From: an uncultured Spirochaetales bacterium
GTDB lineage: Bacteria > Spirochaetota > Spirochaetia > Sphaerochaetales > Sphaerochaetaceae
DNA length: 64,000 nt
Assembly (NCBI GenBank): GCA_944390865.1
Contig: CALXRC010000003.1
Span: 52,037 to 116,036, forward strand
Direction of reading: 5' to 3'
Every line of letters begins with the position of its first letter. The first letter of the stretch is position 1. The translations under genes and the position numbers were made by a program. The notes beneath the pieces were generated by a model that searched no databases, was not told the DNA's origin, and saw only the letters and a list, made by a program, of their open reading frames with translations. Below are positions 9,449-19,162 of the stretch, piece by piece.

Positions 9449-9907
9449 ATGGCATACATCTGGCAAGATCAGTCATGGCCGAACTTCACATGGGACGCAG
9501 CGAAGCTGCTCCCACTCCTTTCCTCCGCATTGCGCATGGAAGCAGCTTTCGTCGAGAAGATGAAAGGACTGGGAAAGAAGGGAGAGGAGCTCACTCTTGA
9601 GGCAATGGCAGACGAGGTCATTTCCTCAAGCGCAATAGAAGGCATCTACTTCGACAGATCCTCTGTCCGTTCCTCCATACTCCGTAGACTTGGTATAGAG
9701 ACAGAAGGAATAGATACAAGTGACAGGCATGCAGAAAACGCCGCATCCCTCCTGATTGGTGCCTTGAAGGATAAGGATAAGGAGCTTAAGGAAGAAAGCC
9801 TCTTGCACTGGCAATCGATCATCTGCGAAGGCAGGAATAACAACAGAGGAAGATGGAGGACAGAGCCTGTCTACGTCATACTTCTTCCAGATGTGGCTGA
9901 GCCCTGA
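9449..9907 (+). pseudogene. truncated Fic-family protein (DUF4172 N-terminal part)
   Basis: MAYIWQDQSWPNFTWD...SSAIEG...GRWRTEPVYV matches a DUF4172-Fic N-terminus but ends before the HPFxDGNGR catalytic motif. Confidence 0.75.
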
Positions 9908-9974
9908 CTCGACCATAATCGCCGTCTTGTACACAAGGTTGATTGTCGTGACCATGTCCAGACCGTCCATGATG

Positions 9975-10223
9975 CAGGACGATGACATCCGCATCAATCA
10001 ATTCCTGAAAAATCTGGACCATATCGTCCTTCTTGACACACTGATGGGATTTGGAACACCCATAGCAGTCAACACAGGGACTGATATTCATCTGTCCGAG
10101 AAAGATTTTCTTTCCTCATTCCCGGCTTCGGCGGCCCCTTTCAAAAACTGGTCGCACAAAACATCCGAATTGCCTTGCTTTCTGTTTAGGCTGATTATCA
10201 CATCTATAAGCTTTTTTCTTATG
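9975..10223 (-). pseudogene. frameshifted, truncated Fe-S flavoprotein / NADPH-dependent FMN reductase
   Basis: One frame gives RKQGNSDVLCDQFLKGAAEAGNE and a shifted frame gives NISPCVDCYGCSKSHQCVKKDDM..LIDADVIVL, after which homology stops. Confidence 0.7.
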
Positions 10224-10231
10224 TAAGTATC

Positions 10232-11398
10232 CTATATGATTCTATTATTCCAGAGATCTTCCAGAAATTCCTTCCAGGGGTAAACAAGGAAGAGGTCATC
10301 GATCAGCCGTTTCCTCTCCTCTCTGCAGACGACAATGTACTTCTTTGCTATTGATTCCTCGCTGAAAGCTTTCAATCCTCTCAAGTCCCTTGGAATGAGT
10401 TTCTTTGAGGTCTTCAGCTCTATTGCTGTTTCGCTTCCAATAAGGGCATCAACCTCAAATCCGCTTGTACTTCTCCAATATGAAAGTGGATTCCTTCTTT
10501 CCTTTCCGCTGTAACTCAGATATGCCTTGATTTCATTAATCATGAATGTCTCAAAAAACATTCCGTATTCGCTTTGAGTCTCTACGGGAAGAGAACAACC
10601 TAGCAGACTTCTAAGAATCCCAACATCGAAAAGGTAATATTTTGCTGTTTCTATCGGTTTTCTTTTCTTTGTGCCAGTGAATGGCTGTAATGAAAACCCG
10701 AGGAGAGTGTCAGTAAGGATCTGATACCATTCTCTGATCGAGTTCTTTGACAGTCCTACATCGTTTGCGATATTGGTGTAATTAAGAATACTTCCATTAG
10801 AGATGGCAGCCACCTCAAGAAATCTAGAGAATGCGGGAAGGTTTCTTACGGCTCCTTCACTCTGTATCTCATCATATAGATATGTATCAATGTAATCTTC
10901 CAATACAGAATCAGGGGAAGAAGAGAGGAAAGCCTCAGGCAGAAGACCAGAAGAAAAGATATGTTCAAATGAAAAATCCTTGTCTTTGACTTCTGGATAT
11001 ACAAATGGATACATGTAGCACTTACCGGCCCGCCCACCAAGCAGGTTGACCCCTGAACGGACAAGCTTCCTGGCGCTTGATCCAGTAAGCAGGAAGCGGA
11101 AATCCGTTTCCTCAATAAGCCTGTGGACTTCATCCAGAAGCTCAGGAACTTTCTGTATCTCATCAATAACAACAAGCCCTGAATCCAGTCCGGAAGCGGA
11201 TAATTCATCATAGAGAATTCCTGGATCTTCTTCGGCTCTGCGTCTCAGTCTGGTATTCAGCAGATCCCACCTGAGTACTATTCTCTCTGAAAGTTCGTTC
11301 GTTATATATGACGTTTTTCCTGTTGAGCGGGGACCAAACAGGAATTGGCTTTTCCTATCCAGTTTTGATGAAATGTTTGTTACTCGTTTTATATACAT
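10232..11398 (-). CDS. AAA+ ATPase (AAA_14) with C-terminal DUF4143 / PD-(D/E)xK-like domain
   Basis: GPRSTGKT, IDEIQK, LTGSSA, KYYLFDVG and YWRSTSGFEVD..IELK motifs. Confidence 0.88.
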   Translation of the reverse strand: MYIKRVTNISSKLDRKSQFLFGPRSTGKTSYITNELSERIVLRWDLLNTRLRRRAEEDPGILYDELSASGLDSGLVVIDEIQKVPELLDEVHRLIEETDFRFLLTGSSARKLVRSGVNLLGGRAGKCYMYPFVYPEVKDKDFSFEHIFSSGLLPEAFLSSSPDSVLEDYIDTYLYDEIQSEGAVRNLPAFSRFLEVAAISNGSILNYTNIANDVGLSKNSIREWYQILTDTLLGFSLQPFTGTKKRKPIETAKYYLFDVGILRSLLGCSLPVETQSEYGMFFETFMINEIKAYLSYSGKERRNPLSYWRSTSGFEVDALIGSETAIELKTSKKLIPRDLRGLKAFSEESIAKKYIVVCREERKRLIDDLFLVYPWKEFLEDLWNNRII

Positions 11399-11413
11399 GA
11401 TAATCGGAATTCC

Positions 11414-11456
11414 TACTTACAATTATCATGATAATCGTAAGTATTGCTTCCGTCAA
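11414..11456 (-). promoter_or_regulatory. promoter of the AAA/DUF4143 gene overlapped by a 30-bp palindrome
   Basis: Minus strand TTGACG-N17-TATCAT. TACTTACAATTATCATGATAATCGTAAGTA (14 of 15 pairs) covers the -10. Confidence 0.65.
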
Positions 11457-11741
11457 TCACAGCCTAATTCTGTATTTCCTGTCACTCAAAAAACGAAGAG
11501 GATGTTTTTCCTCTTTTTTGCAGACGCTTTATGATAAAAAAAGAGGTTCTTCACGGAAAGGTGAGGGATGAGGGATAGAGATTGAAAAAGAGAGCATGTG
11601 AGTGATTCTGGCCTGGAAATTGGGCTGAGTTTTTCCCCTTTGAAGGCAAGAAAATATATTGACTAAGAAGGGTCAACGCAAGTATTCTGATGAGGCTGGT
11701 CTCTGCAGGCCGGCAGAATTTTTACGGAGGGTATAAATCTA

Positions 11742-12335
11742 ATGGCTAGAAACATGGCACCTAGATTTAAGCAGTGCAGAAGACTTGGGGTCAATGTATG
11801 TGGACATCCCAAGGCTATGAAGAGAGCAGGTTCACCCGCTTTCGCAAAGAGAAGAAAGCCTACTGAGTACAGCAAGCAGCTCACTGAGAAGCAGAAGCTC
11901 AAGGCCTATTATGGTGTTCTGGAGAAGCAGCTCCATCACTACTATGAGAAGGCTCTCAAGAGCACAATGATGACAGGTGACGCACTTGTTATTCAGCTTG
12001 AGACAAGACTTGACAACTGTGTTTACAGAATCGGTTTCGGCAATTCAATCCGTCTTGCCCGCCAGCTCGTCTCACACGGACACATTCTTGTCAACGGCAA
12101 GAAGGTTGACATTCCTTCTTACGAAGTGAAGGTCGGCGATGTTATCTCACTCAAGGAGAAGTCAAGAAAGAACGAGTTCTTCAAGGACAACTTCCTCGGA
12201 CACCCTGCATTCAATCTTCCCTATTTTGAGAAGAATGATGAAGAGTTCAGCGGAAAGCTCACAAGACTTCCTGAGCGCCACGAGATTCCAATCGAAGTCA
12301 ACGACCAGTACATCGTTGAGTTCTACAGCAAGTAA
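11742..12335 (+). CDS. rpsD: 30S ribosomal protein S4
   Basis: [46 protein letters not shown] and IVEFYSK. Confidence 0.96.
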   Translation: MARNMAPRFKQCRRLGVNVCGHPKAMKRAGSPAFAKRRKPTEYSKQLTEKQKLKAYYGVLEKQLHHYYEKALKSTMMTGDALVIQLETRLDNCVYRIGFGNSIRLARQLVSHGHILVNGKKVDIPSYEVKVGDVISLKEKSRKNEFFKDNFLGHPAFNLPYFEKNDEEFSGKLTRLPERHEIPIEVNDQYIVEFYSK

Positions 12336-12477
12336 GCTCTGAACTGATCTCCTGCAAGCGGCCACATCCGCGAAGGCACGCTCCTTTTCCTTCATTCCCA
12401 TACAGGAAGAGACAAAGCGTACACGCACCCCCGGCTGCCCTCATGAAAGGGTGCGTTGGAGAATGACAGATTTGCAG

Positions 12478-12514
12478 ACCGGCTTCCGGATTACGGAAAG
12501 CCGGTTATTTTTTT
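12478..12514 (+). terminator. intrinsic terminator after rpsD
   Basis: ACCGGCTTCCG-GATTA-CGGAAAGCCGGT followed by a T-run. Confidence 0.8.
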
Positions 12515-12570
12515 CTCCCTCTTAATTGTGAAATTCTGACGCAGAATGTGTGAAAATGGGCCTTTCTGGA

Positions 12571-12655
12571 TTTTACATTTCTGGTAATCTTTTGCAATAA
12601 AAAGAATTATTCATTTTACTTTGATTTTACACAACTCCTGTAATGCATTTTACAA
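12571..12655 (+). promoter_or_regulatory. putative Pho boxes upstream of pstS
   Basis: TTTTAC(A/T) repeats at 12571, 12614, 12625 and 12648 (12614 and 12625 are 11 bp apart), similar to the PhoP TT(A/T)ACA direct repeats. Confidence 0.5.
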
Positions 12656-12714
12656 AGGCTGAATAGGCTTAAGGCAAATCTTAAGGGGAAAACCCCGATC
12701 AGGAGAAAAAAGAA

Positions 12715-13524
12715 ATGAAAAAAATTTTAGCAATTGCTCTTGTTGCTCTTTGTGCAGCCGGCTTTGTCTTTGCAAGCGGCGCAAGTGAAACAGCTCAGAT
12801 CGTTTCAACAGATGGTTCCACATCAATGGAATCAGTCATCGGCTCACTTGCAGAAGCATATATGAATGAGAATCCAAATGTTACAGTCACATACAACCCG
12901 ACAGGATCCGGAAGCGGCATCGCAGCCGTTCAGGAAGGCAGATGTGACATCGGTCTTTCCTCACGCGCTCTTCATGATGATGAGGTCGCATCCGGACTTA
13001 CAGGAACAACTCTTGCCCTCGACGGAATCGCCATCATCGTCAACAACGAGAACCCTGTAAGCGACCTTACACTTGAGCAGATCGCTGCAATGTACACAGG
13101 CGAGATCACAAACTGGAGTGAAGTCGGCGGCAATGACGGCCAGATTGTCCTGATCGGACGTGAGGCAGGAAGCGGCACAAGAGACGGCTTCGAGTCAATC
13201 ACAGGAACAGAAGACCTCTGCCAGTACCGCCAGGAGCTGACAAGCACAGGTGATGTCATCACAACAGTCTCCACAAATCCGAATGCGATCGGCTATGCTT
13301 CTCTGTCAGCAGTAAGCGACAGCGTCAAGACTCTGACAGTCAACGGTGTTGCTCCTTCCGAAGAGACAGTCCTCAGCGGCGAGTATCTTGTACAGCGCCC
13401 GTTCGTGATGGTCACAAGCTCTTCTGAGGCTCTCAGCGAAACAGCTCAGGCATTCTTCGACTACGCTCTGTCAAGCGAAGCTGCTCCGATCATCGCAGGA
13501 GCTGGTGCAGTGCCTCTCAACTAA
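12715..13524 (+). CDS. pstS: phosphate ABC transporter substrate-binding protein
   Basis: DGSTSM, GSGSGI, DIGLSSR, REAGSGTR motifs; operon context. Confidence 0.93.
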   Translation: MKKILAIALVALCAAGFVFASGASETAQIVSTDGSTSMESVIGSLAEAYMNENPNVTVTYNPTGSGSGIAAVQEGRCDIGLSSRALHDDEVASGLTGTTLALDGIAIIVNNENPVSDLTLEQIAAMYTGEITNWSEVGGNDGQIVLIGREAGSGTRDGFESITGTEDLCQYRQELTSTGDVITTVSTNPNAIGYASLSAVSDSVKTLTVNGVAPSEETVLSGEYLVQRPFVMVTSSSEALSETAQAFFDYALSSEAAPIIAGAGAVPLN

Positions 13525-13554
13525 TCAGCTTTATCAGAATCGCAGGACCAGGAA

Positions 13555-14421
13555 ATGAATATCAAGAAAGCAAAAGAAGATGTGATCCACTTCATTTTCC
13601 TAATCCTCGGACTCATAGCGGTAGGCTCGGTTCTGGTCATCACGGTTTACCTGGTGATCTCCGGCCTGCCGGCAATTAGGCAGATCGGCCTGGCTGAATT
13701 CCTCTTCGGAACTCGCTGGGCCTCTACTGCAGCTGAGCCCGAGTATGGAATTCTTCCTTTTATACTTACAAGCATTTACGGCACAGCAGGCGCAATCATC
13801 GTAGGTGTTCCTATCGGTTTTTTTGCAGCAGTCTATCTGGCAAAGATGGCTCCCAGAAAAGTCTGCCAGGTCATGGAGCTGTGCATCGGAGTGCTGGCCG
13901 GCATTCCTTCTGTAGTCTATGGTCTTGTCGGCATGCTCATTCTCGTGCCCGGCATTATGAACATATTTGATGTGCCTGACGGGGCAAGCCTGCTGGCCGC
14001 CATTGTTGTGCTTGCAGTCATGATCCTTCCTTCTGTCATCAATGTTTCCCTGACAAGCCTTCAGGCTGTTCCCAGGGAATATGAGGAAGCATCTCTCGCT
14101 CTTGGCGCCACCAGCACGGAAACATATTTCAAGGTGACAGTACCCGCTGCGAAGAGCGGCATATTCACAGCTATCGTTCTGGGCATAGGAAGGGCAATAG
14201 GCGAGGCAATGGCTGTCATGATGGTTGCAGGCAATGTGGCCAACATGCCCTCTCTTTTCCAGTCAGTGCGCTTTCTCACGACAGCAGTGGCAAGCGAGAT
14301 GAGCTATTCATCCGGCCTTCAGCGTCAGGCTCTCTTCTCAATCGCCCTTGTCCTCTTCTTCTTCATAATGCTGATCAACGCGACGCTGCTTGTGATCAAG
14401 AAAAGGAGCCAGACAGTATGA
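13555..14421 (+). CDS. pstC: phosphate ABC transporter permease
   Basis: LAGIPSVVYG, EASLALGAT, GRAIGEAMAV. Confidence 0.93.
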   Translation: MNIKKAKEDVIHFIFLILGLIAVGSVLVITVYLVISGLPAIRQIGLAEFLFGTRWASTAAEPEYGILPFILTSIYGTAGAIIVGVPIGFFAAVYLAKMAPRKVCQVMELCIGVLAGIPSVVYGLVGMLILVPGIMNIFDVPDGASLLAAIVVLAVMILPSVINVSLTSLQAVPREYEEASLALGATSTETYFKVTVPAAKSGIFTAIVLGIGRAIGEAMAVMMVAGNVANMPSLFQSVRFLTTAVASEMSYSSGLQRQALFSIALVLFFFIMLINATLLVIKKRSQTV

Positions 14422-15278
14422 TCCAGGGCTTATCAAGACAGAGAAAGGTATGGCAGGCAGTGATGAAGACACTGTGCTACATCTCAATTGCCATTGTCAC
14501 AGTGCTGACTGCCTTTATGCTTATCTATGTGTTTGTCAAGGGACTGCCTGAGATAACCTGGCAGCTGCTGAGCACGAGCCCGAGCTACCTCAGGCACACA
14601 ATCGGCATCCTGCCTGACATCATGAACACGATTTACGTGGTTGTCGCAACGCTGGTCATGGTTCTCCCGATAGGCGTCGGCGCTGCAATTTACCTGAATG
14701 AGTATGCGAAGAACAGAAAGGTCGTCGAGCTGATCGAATTTGCGGCAGAGACCCTGTCCGGAATTCCGTCAATCATCTATGGCCTTGTCGGCATGCTTGT
14801 GTTCTGCCAGTTCTTCGGACTGCAGACATCACTGCTTGCAGGCTCAATGACCCTGGTCGTCATGAACCTGCCGACAATTCTCAGGACAACACAGGAAGCG
14901 CTCAAGACTGTTCCCCAGAGCTACAGGGAAGGCGCCTTTGCCCTGGGTGCGGGAAAGTGGAGAGTCATCAGGACTGTTGTCCTCCCAAGCTGCATAAACG
15001 GAATTGTCACGGGCTGTATACTCTCAGTGGGACGAATTCTCGGTGAAAGTGCCGCCCTCCTGTTCACGACAGGCTTCGCACACAACCTCAATGGATTCTT
15101 CCAGGGCCTGAGGAGTTCCGGCGCAACGCTTACTGTTGCCCTCTACGTTTACGCCAAGGAGCAGGGTGAGTTTGATGTTGCTTTCGCAATTGCCGCCATC
15201 CTGATGATCCTGACAATTCTTATCAACCTCGCGACAACCTTCATGGGTCGTCTGATGGAAAGGAGAAACGGACAGTGA
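14418..15278 (+). CDS. pstA: phosphate ABC transporter permease
   Basis: [28 protein letters not shown]. Confidence 0.93.
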   Translation: MIQGLSRQRKVWQAVMKTLCYISIAIVTVLTAFMLIYVFVKGLPEITWQLLSTSPSYLRHTIGILPDIMNTIYVVVATLVMVLPIGVGAAIYLNEYAKNRKVVELIEFAAETLSGIPSIIYGLVGMLVFCQFFGLQTSLLAGSMTLVVMNLPTILRTTQEALKTVPQSYREGAFALGAGKWRVIRTVVLPSCINGIVTGCILSVGRILGESAALLFTTGFAHNLNGFFQGLRSSGATLTVALYVYAKEQGEFDVAFAIAAILMILTILINLATTFMGRLMERRNGQ

Positions 15279-16027
15279 AAATTATTGAGACAAAGAACCT
15301 GAACCTCTGGTATGGTCCCAGTCAGGCTCTCAAGAACATAAACCTCGATATCGAGGAAAAGAGCATCACGGCGCTCATCGGGCCTTCCGGCTGCGGCAAG
15401 TCTACTTATCTGAGAACGCTCAACCGGATGAACGATCTCATTGACGGGGTCAGAATTGAAGGCCAGGTGCTTTACGAAGGCCAGGACATTTTCTCTCCCA
15501 AGATTGACGTCAACGGGCTGAGAAGGGATATCGGAATGGTTTTCCAGAAGCCGAATCCGTTCCTGATGAGCATTTACGACAACATTGCCTATGGTCCGAG
15601 GACAAACGGAATCAAGAGCAGGGCAAAGCTGGATGAGATTGTCGAGAAGAGTCTGCGCAATGCCGCGCTCTGGGATGAGGTCAAGGACAGACTGAAGAAA
15701 AACGCCACAGGACTGTCCGGCGGACAGCAGCAGCGTCTGTGCATCGCACGTGCCCTGGCCGTCGAGCCCAAGGTCCTGCTGATGGATGAGCCCACAAGCG
15801 CTCTTGATCCTATCTCAACCAGCAAGATTGAGGATTTGGCAATTGAACTGAAAAAGGATTACACTATAGTAATCGTGACACACAACATGCAGCAGGCTCT
15901 GCGCATCAGCGATACGACGGCATTCTTCCTCCTCGGTGAGCTCATTGAGGCCGGAGATACTGAGCAGCTGTTCACAAAACCGAGACTGCAGAAGACTGAA
16001 GAATACATCACAGGAAGGTTTGGCTGA
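15275..16027 (+). CDS. pstB: phosphate ABC transporter ATP-binding protein
   Basis: [32 protein letters not shown]. Confidence 0.96.
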   Translation: MKIIETKNLNLWYGPSQALKNINLDIEEKSITALIGPSGCGKSTYLRTLNRMNDLIDGVRIEGQVLYEGQDIFSPKIDVNGLRRDIGMVFQKPNPFLMSIYDNIAYGPRTNGIKSRAKLDEIVEKSLRNAALWDEVKDRLKKNATGLSGGQQQRLCIARALAVEPKVLLMDEPTSALDPISTSKIEDLAIELKKDYTIVIVTHNMQQALRISDTTAFFLLGELIEAGDTEQLFTKPRLQKTEEYITGRFG

Positions 16028-16028
16028 T

Positions 16029-16685
16029 ATGACAAGAATCAGATTCAACGAACAGCTTAGCGAACTGAACAAGGAAATGATCCAGATGGGCGGACTGTGC
16101 GAGAGTGCGATTGACACCTGCGTCGATGCTCTGCTCAACGGGGATGAGTCTCTGGCAAAGGAAGTCTCAAAGCGCGAGAAGGAGATTGATGAAAAGGAAT
16201 CTGAAGTCACTGCATTGTGCATGAAGATGCTGCTCCATCAGCAGCCTGTCGCCAGTGATCTCAGGCAGATCAGCGCAGCACTGAAGATGGTCACTGATCT
16301 TGAGAGAATCGGAGATCAGGCTGACGACATCGGTGAGATGATCTGCTATACAGCCAGACATACCATCAGCGAGCACGGAAACATCCAGAAGATGGGCAAT
16401 GCGACCAAGAAGATGGTCCGTGATTCCATCGATGCCTTTGTCCGTCAGGATAAGGAGCTTGCGGCACAGGTCATCAGCTATGATGATGTGGTCGATGAGC
16501 TTTTCGTCAGCATCAAGAAGTCTGTCATCGACAGCATTGATAAAAAGTCGATTGACGGTGAGTATGCCAGTGATATCCTGATGATTGCAAAGTACTTCGA
16601 AAGAATCGGGGACCATGCCGTCAATGTGGCCGAGTGGGTTGAGTATTCAATCACAGGCGTGCACAGGAAGGATGAGGAAGAGTAA
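16029..16685 (+). CDS. phoU: phosphate signalling protein PhoU
   Basis: QQPVASDLR, DLERIGD and ERIGDHAVN motifs. Start set at ATG 16029. Confidence 0.95.
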   Translation: MTRIRFNEQLSELNKEMIQMGGLCESAIDTCVDALLNGDESLAKEVSKREKEIDEKESEVTALCMKMLLHQQPVASDLRQISAALKMVTDLERIGDQADDIGEMICYTARHTISEHGNIQKMGNATKKMVRDSIDAFVRQDKELAAQVISYDDVVDELFVSIKKSVIDSIDKKSIDGEYASDILMIAKYFERIGDHAVNVAEWVEYSITGVHRKDEEE

Positions 16686-17350
16686 TGATTTTCGCAGTTG
16701 AAGATGATGACAGCATCAGAGAAATTGAGATCTATACATTGAACAGTGTAGGTTTCAAGGCAATGGGATTCTCCTCTTCGGAAGCTCTGTTTTCCGCACT
16801 GAGGGACACCACGCCTGATCTTATCATCCTTGATATCATGCTGCCCGGCGAGAGCGGCGTCAGCATCCTGCAGCGCCTGAAGGCCAGCAGGGAGTACCGG
16901 GACATTCCGGTCATAATGGCCACGGCAAAGGGCAGCGAGTATGACAAGGTTGAAAGTCTTGATGCCGGAGCTGATGACTATCTGGTCAAACCGTTCGGCA
17001 TGATGGAGATGGTCAGCAGGGTCAAGGCTGTCCTGAGAAGAACAGGAAAGAAGGAAGCAGCCATTCTCAGCCTTGATGAGATCACCTTGAACAAGGCTGA
17101 ACATGTTGTCATGGTCTGTGGTGAGAAAATTGCCCTGACTCTCAAGGAGTTCGACCTGCTTGAGCTCCTGATGGAAAACCCTGGAATTGTCTTCACCCGC
17201 GAGACTCTGCTTGACAGAATCTGGATGCAGTCGGCCGGGACTGAGACAAGGACGGTTGACGCCCATATCAAGACTTTGAGACAGAAACTCGGTTCTCAGG
17301 GAGCTCATATCGAAACAGTAAGGGGAGTAGGTTACCGGATAGAAGGTTAA
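16685..17350 (+). CDS. phoP: OmpR-family response regulator (PhoP/PhoB)
   Basis: Receiver domain (VEDD, LDIMLP, GADDYLVKPF) plus winged helix (RTVDAHIK, TVRGVGY). Confidence 0.88.
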   Translation: MIFAVEDDDSIREIEIYTLNSVGFKAMGFSSSEALFSALRDTTPDLIILDIMLPGESGVSILQRLKASREYRDIPVIMATAKGSEYDKVESLDAGADDYLVKPFGMMEMVSRVKAVLRRTGKKEAAILSLDEITLNKAEHVVMVCGEKIALTLKEFDLLELLMENPGIVFTRETLLDRIWMQSAGTETRTVDAHIKTLRQKLGSQGAHIETVRGVGYRIEG

Positions 17351-17362
17351 CTCACAAAAGGT

Positions 17363-19015
17363 ATGAACAAGACTATATTTCGCTCAGTACTTCTGGCCTG
17401 CTGCATCGTGATGGTGTTCAGCCTCGTGGTGACACTGGCCTTTCTCAATTCCTATTTCATAAACATTGAATTTGACAATCTGCGCAGCCAGACAGAGATG
17501 ATGGCAAAGGCTGTCGAGGAGTCCGGAATGAGCTATCTCGGCTCTTTTGACAGCAGTTCCTACCGCATTACTTGGATAGCAGCAGACGGCACTGTCATCT
17601 ATGATACGGACGCGGATGAAAGCACAATGGAAAACCATCTGGACCGCCCTGAGGTCGTCTCTGCTGCCGCATACGGACACGGAGAGGACAGGAGACTGTC
17701 TGATACACTGTCTCTTGAGACGCTGTACTCTGCAGTCAGGATTTCTGATGGCTCCATCGTCAGGCTGTCCGTGACGCAGGCAAGCGTCCTGAGGATCACT
17801 CTGGGCGTGATTCCCTATATGCTCATCGTGCTTGTGCTTGCCTTTGTGCTGTGCACTTTCATCTCCAAGCGCATTTCCGCACGCATCATCAATCCTCTGA
17901 TAAACCTCAATCTTGATTCTCCCCTGGAGAACGAGACGTATGAGGAGCTCAGCCCCCTGCTTGTCAGGATAGACAACCAGAACAAGCAGATCCAGAAGCA
18001 GATTGACACGATCCGCACCAGGGGAACGGAGTTCAGCGCCATTACCGACAACATGAGAGAGGGAATGATCATTCTCAGCTCAAACGGCACGATAATGAGC
18101 ATCAATGCTTCTGCAATGAGGCTCTTCGGCGGCAATCAGAGCGTCGTGGGCAAAAGCATCTTTGTCCTTGAGCGCTCTCCGGAGTTCACAAAGGCGCTTG
18201 AGCAGGCCGGAACTGCGGGAAGAAGCGAGTTCTTCTTTGAGCGCAACGGGTTTATCAACAGGCTTATTGCAAGTGCCATTCAGGACAAGGGCAGGAACAT
18301 AGGAACCTGCATCCTCATCGTTGATGAGACTGAGAAGGTCATGGCAGAAGGCATGAGGAAAGAGTTCAGCGCCAATGTCAGCCATGAGCTCAAGACTCCG
18401 CTTCACTCTATTCTCGCATCCTCTGAGCTGCTGATGAACAATCTTGTCAAGGAAGCTGACAAAATGAGCTTCATTGAGCGGATTCACAATGAGGCCGAGC
18501 ACTTAGTCACTCTCATAGAGGACATCATCCGCCTGAGCCAGCTGGATGAGACGAAAGACTTTCCTGTGGAGCCAGTCAATGTGGCCCAGATCACAGGCAG
18601 CGTGCTTGAGTCGCTTGAGAAGAGCGCCGGGGAAAAGCATGTGACAGTCGTGAATGAGGTTGACGATATCACGATCAGCGGCGTGCAGCGCCTTGTATAT
18701 GAGATTGTCTACAATCTTTGCGACAATGCGATCCGCTACAACAGGGAAGGAGGCAGCGTCACAGTCCGCTGCAAGGCAGAGGGAGACAAGGCCGTCCTTT
18801 CAGTAAGCGATACAGGAATAGGAATTCCTGCAGAGCACAGGGCCCGCATCTTCGAACGGTTCTACCGGGTTGACACTTCCCACTCGCGTTCCACCGGAGG
18901 CACAGGACTTGGGCTCTCGATTGTGAAGCATGCCTGCCAGGTCCTCAGGGCCCAGATAGAGCTGGAAAGCGAGGAAGGCAAAGGCTCTGTTTTTACAATT
19001 ATTTTCAATAAATGA
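17363..19015 (+). CDS. phoR: sensor histidine kinase with PAS domain (PhoR)
   Basis: Two TM segments, MENH..RPE, H-box NVSHELKTPL, and N/G boxes including GGTGLGLSIVKH. Confidence 0.88.
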   Translation: MNKTIFRSVLLACCIVMVFSLVVTLAFLNSYFINIEFDNLRSQTEMMAKAVEESGMSYLGSFDSSSYRITWIAADGTVIYDTDADESTMENHLDRPEVVSAAAYGHGEDRRLSDTLSLETLYSAVRISDGSIVRLSVTQASVLRITLGVIPYMLIVLVLAFVLCTFISKRISARIINPLINLNLDSPLENETYEELSPLLVRIDNQNKQIQKQIDTIRTRGTEFSAITDNMREGMIILSSNGTIMSINASAMRLFGGNQSVVGKSIFVLERSPEFTKALEQAGTAGRSEFFFERNGFINRLIASAIQDKGRNIGTCILIVDETEKVMAEGMRKEFSANVSHELKTPLHSILASSELLMNNLVKEADKMSFIERIHNEAEHLVTLIEDIIRLSQLDETKDFPVEPVNVAQITGSVLESLEKSAGEKHVTVVNEVDDITISGVQRLVYEIVYNLCDNAIRYNREGGSVTVRCKAEGDKAVLSVSDTGIGIPAEHRARIFERFYRVDTSHSRSTGGTGLGLSIVKHACQVLRAQIELESEEGKGSVFTIIFNK

Positions 19016-19024
19016 ACTTAGCAT

Positions 19025-19059
19025 AACCGGGTGACTGCCTCTCACCCGGTTTTTCTTTT
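19025..19059 (+). terminator. intrinsic terminator after the pho operon
   Basis: AACCGGGTGA-CTGCCTC-TCACCCGGTT followed by a T-run. Confidence 0.8.
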
Positions 19060-19162
19060 ATCCTTCTCTCTGGCCTGCAATGTCTGTTCTTTGATGAAAT
19101 CTGTGTTGACGAACCGAGTATGAACAGATAGTTTTGTTATACATGCTTTTGGGGAGAAAGAG

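Larger units (their letters stand above)
9323..11634. mobile_element. decayed small genomic islet at the ychF 3' end
   Basis: Visibly AT-richer, carries gene remnants, and is bounded by a 10-bp direct repeat CTGAGTTTTT (9323-9332 and 11625-11634). No integrase seen. Confidence 0.45.

Noticed and set aside
9449-9907. Active Fic toxin/antitoxin module
   Set aside because: The catalytic Fic motif is missing and no antitoxin gene is seen.
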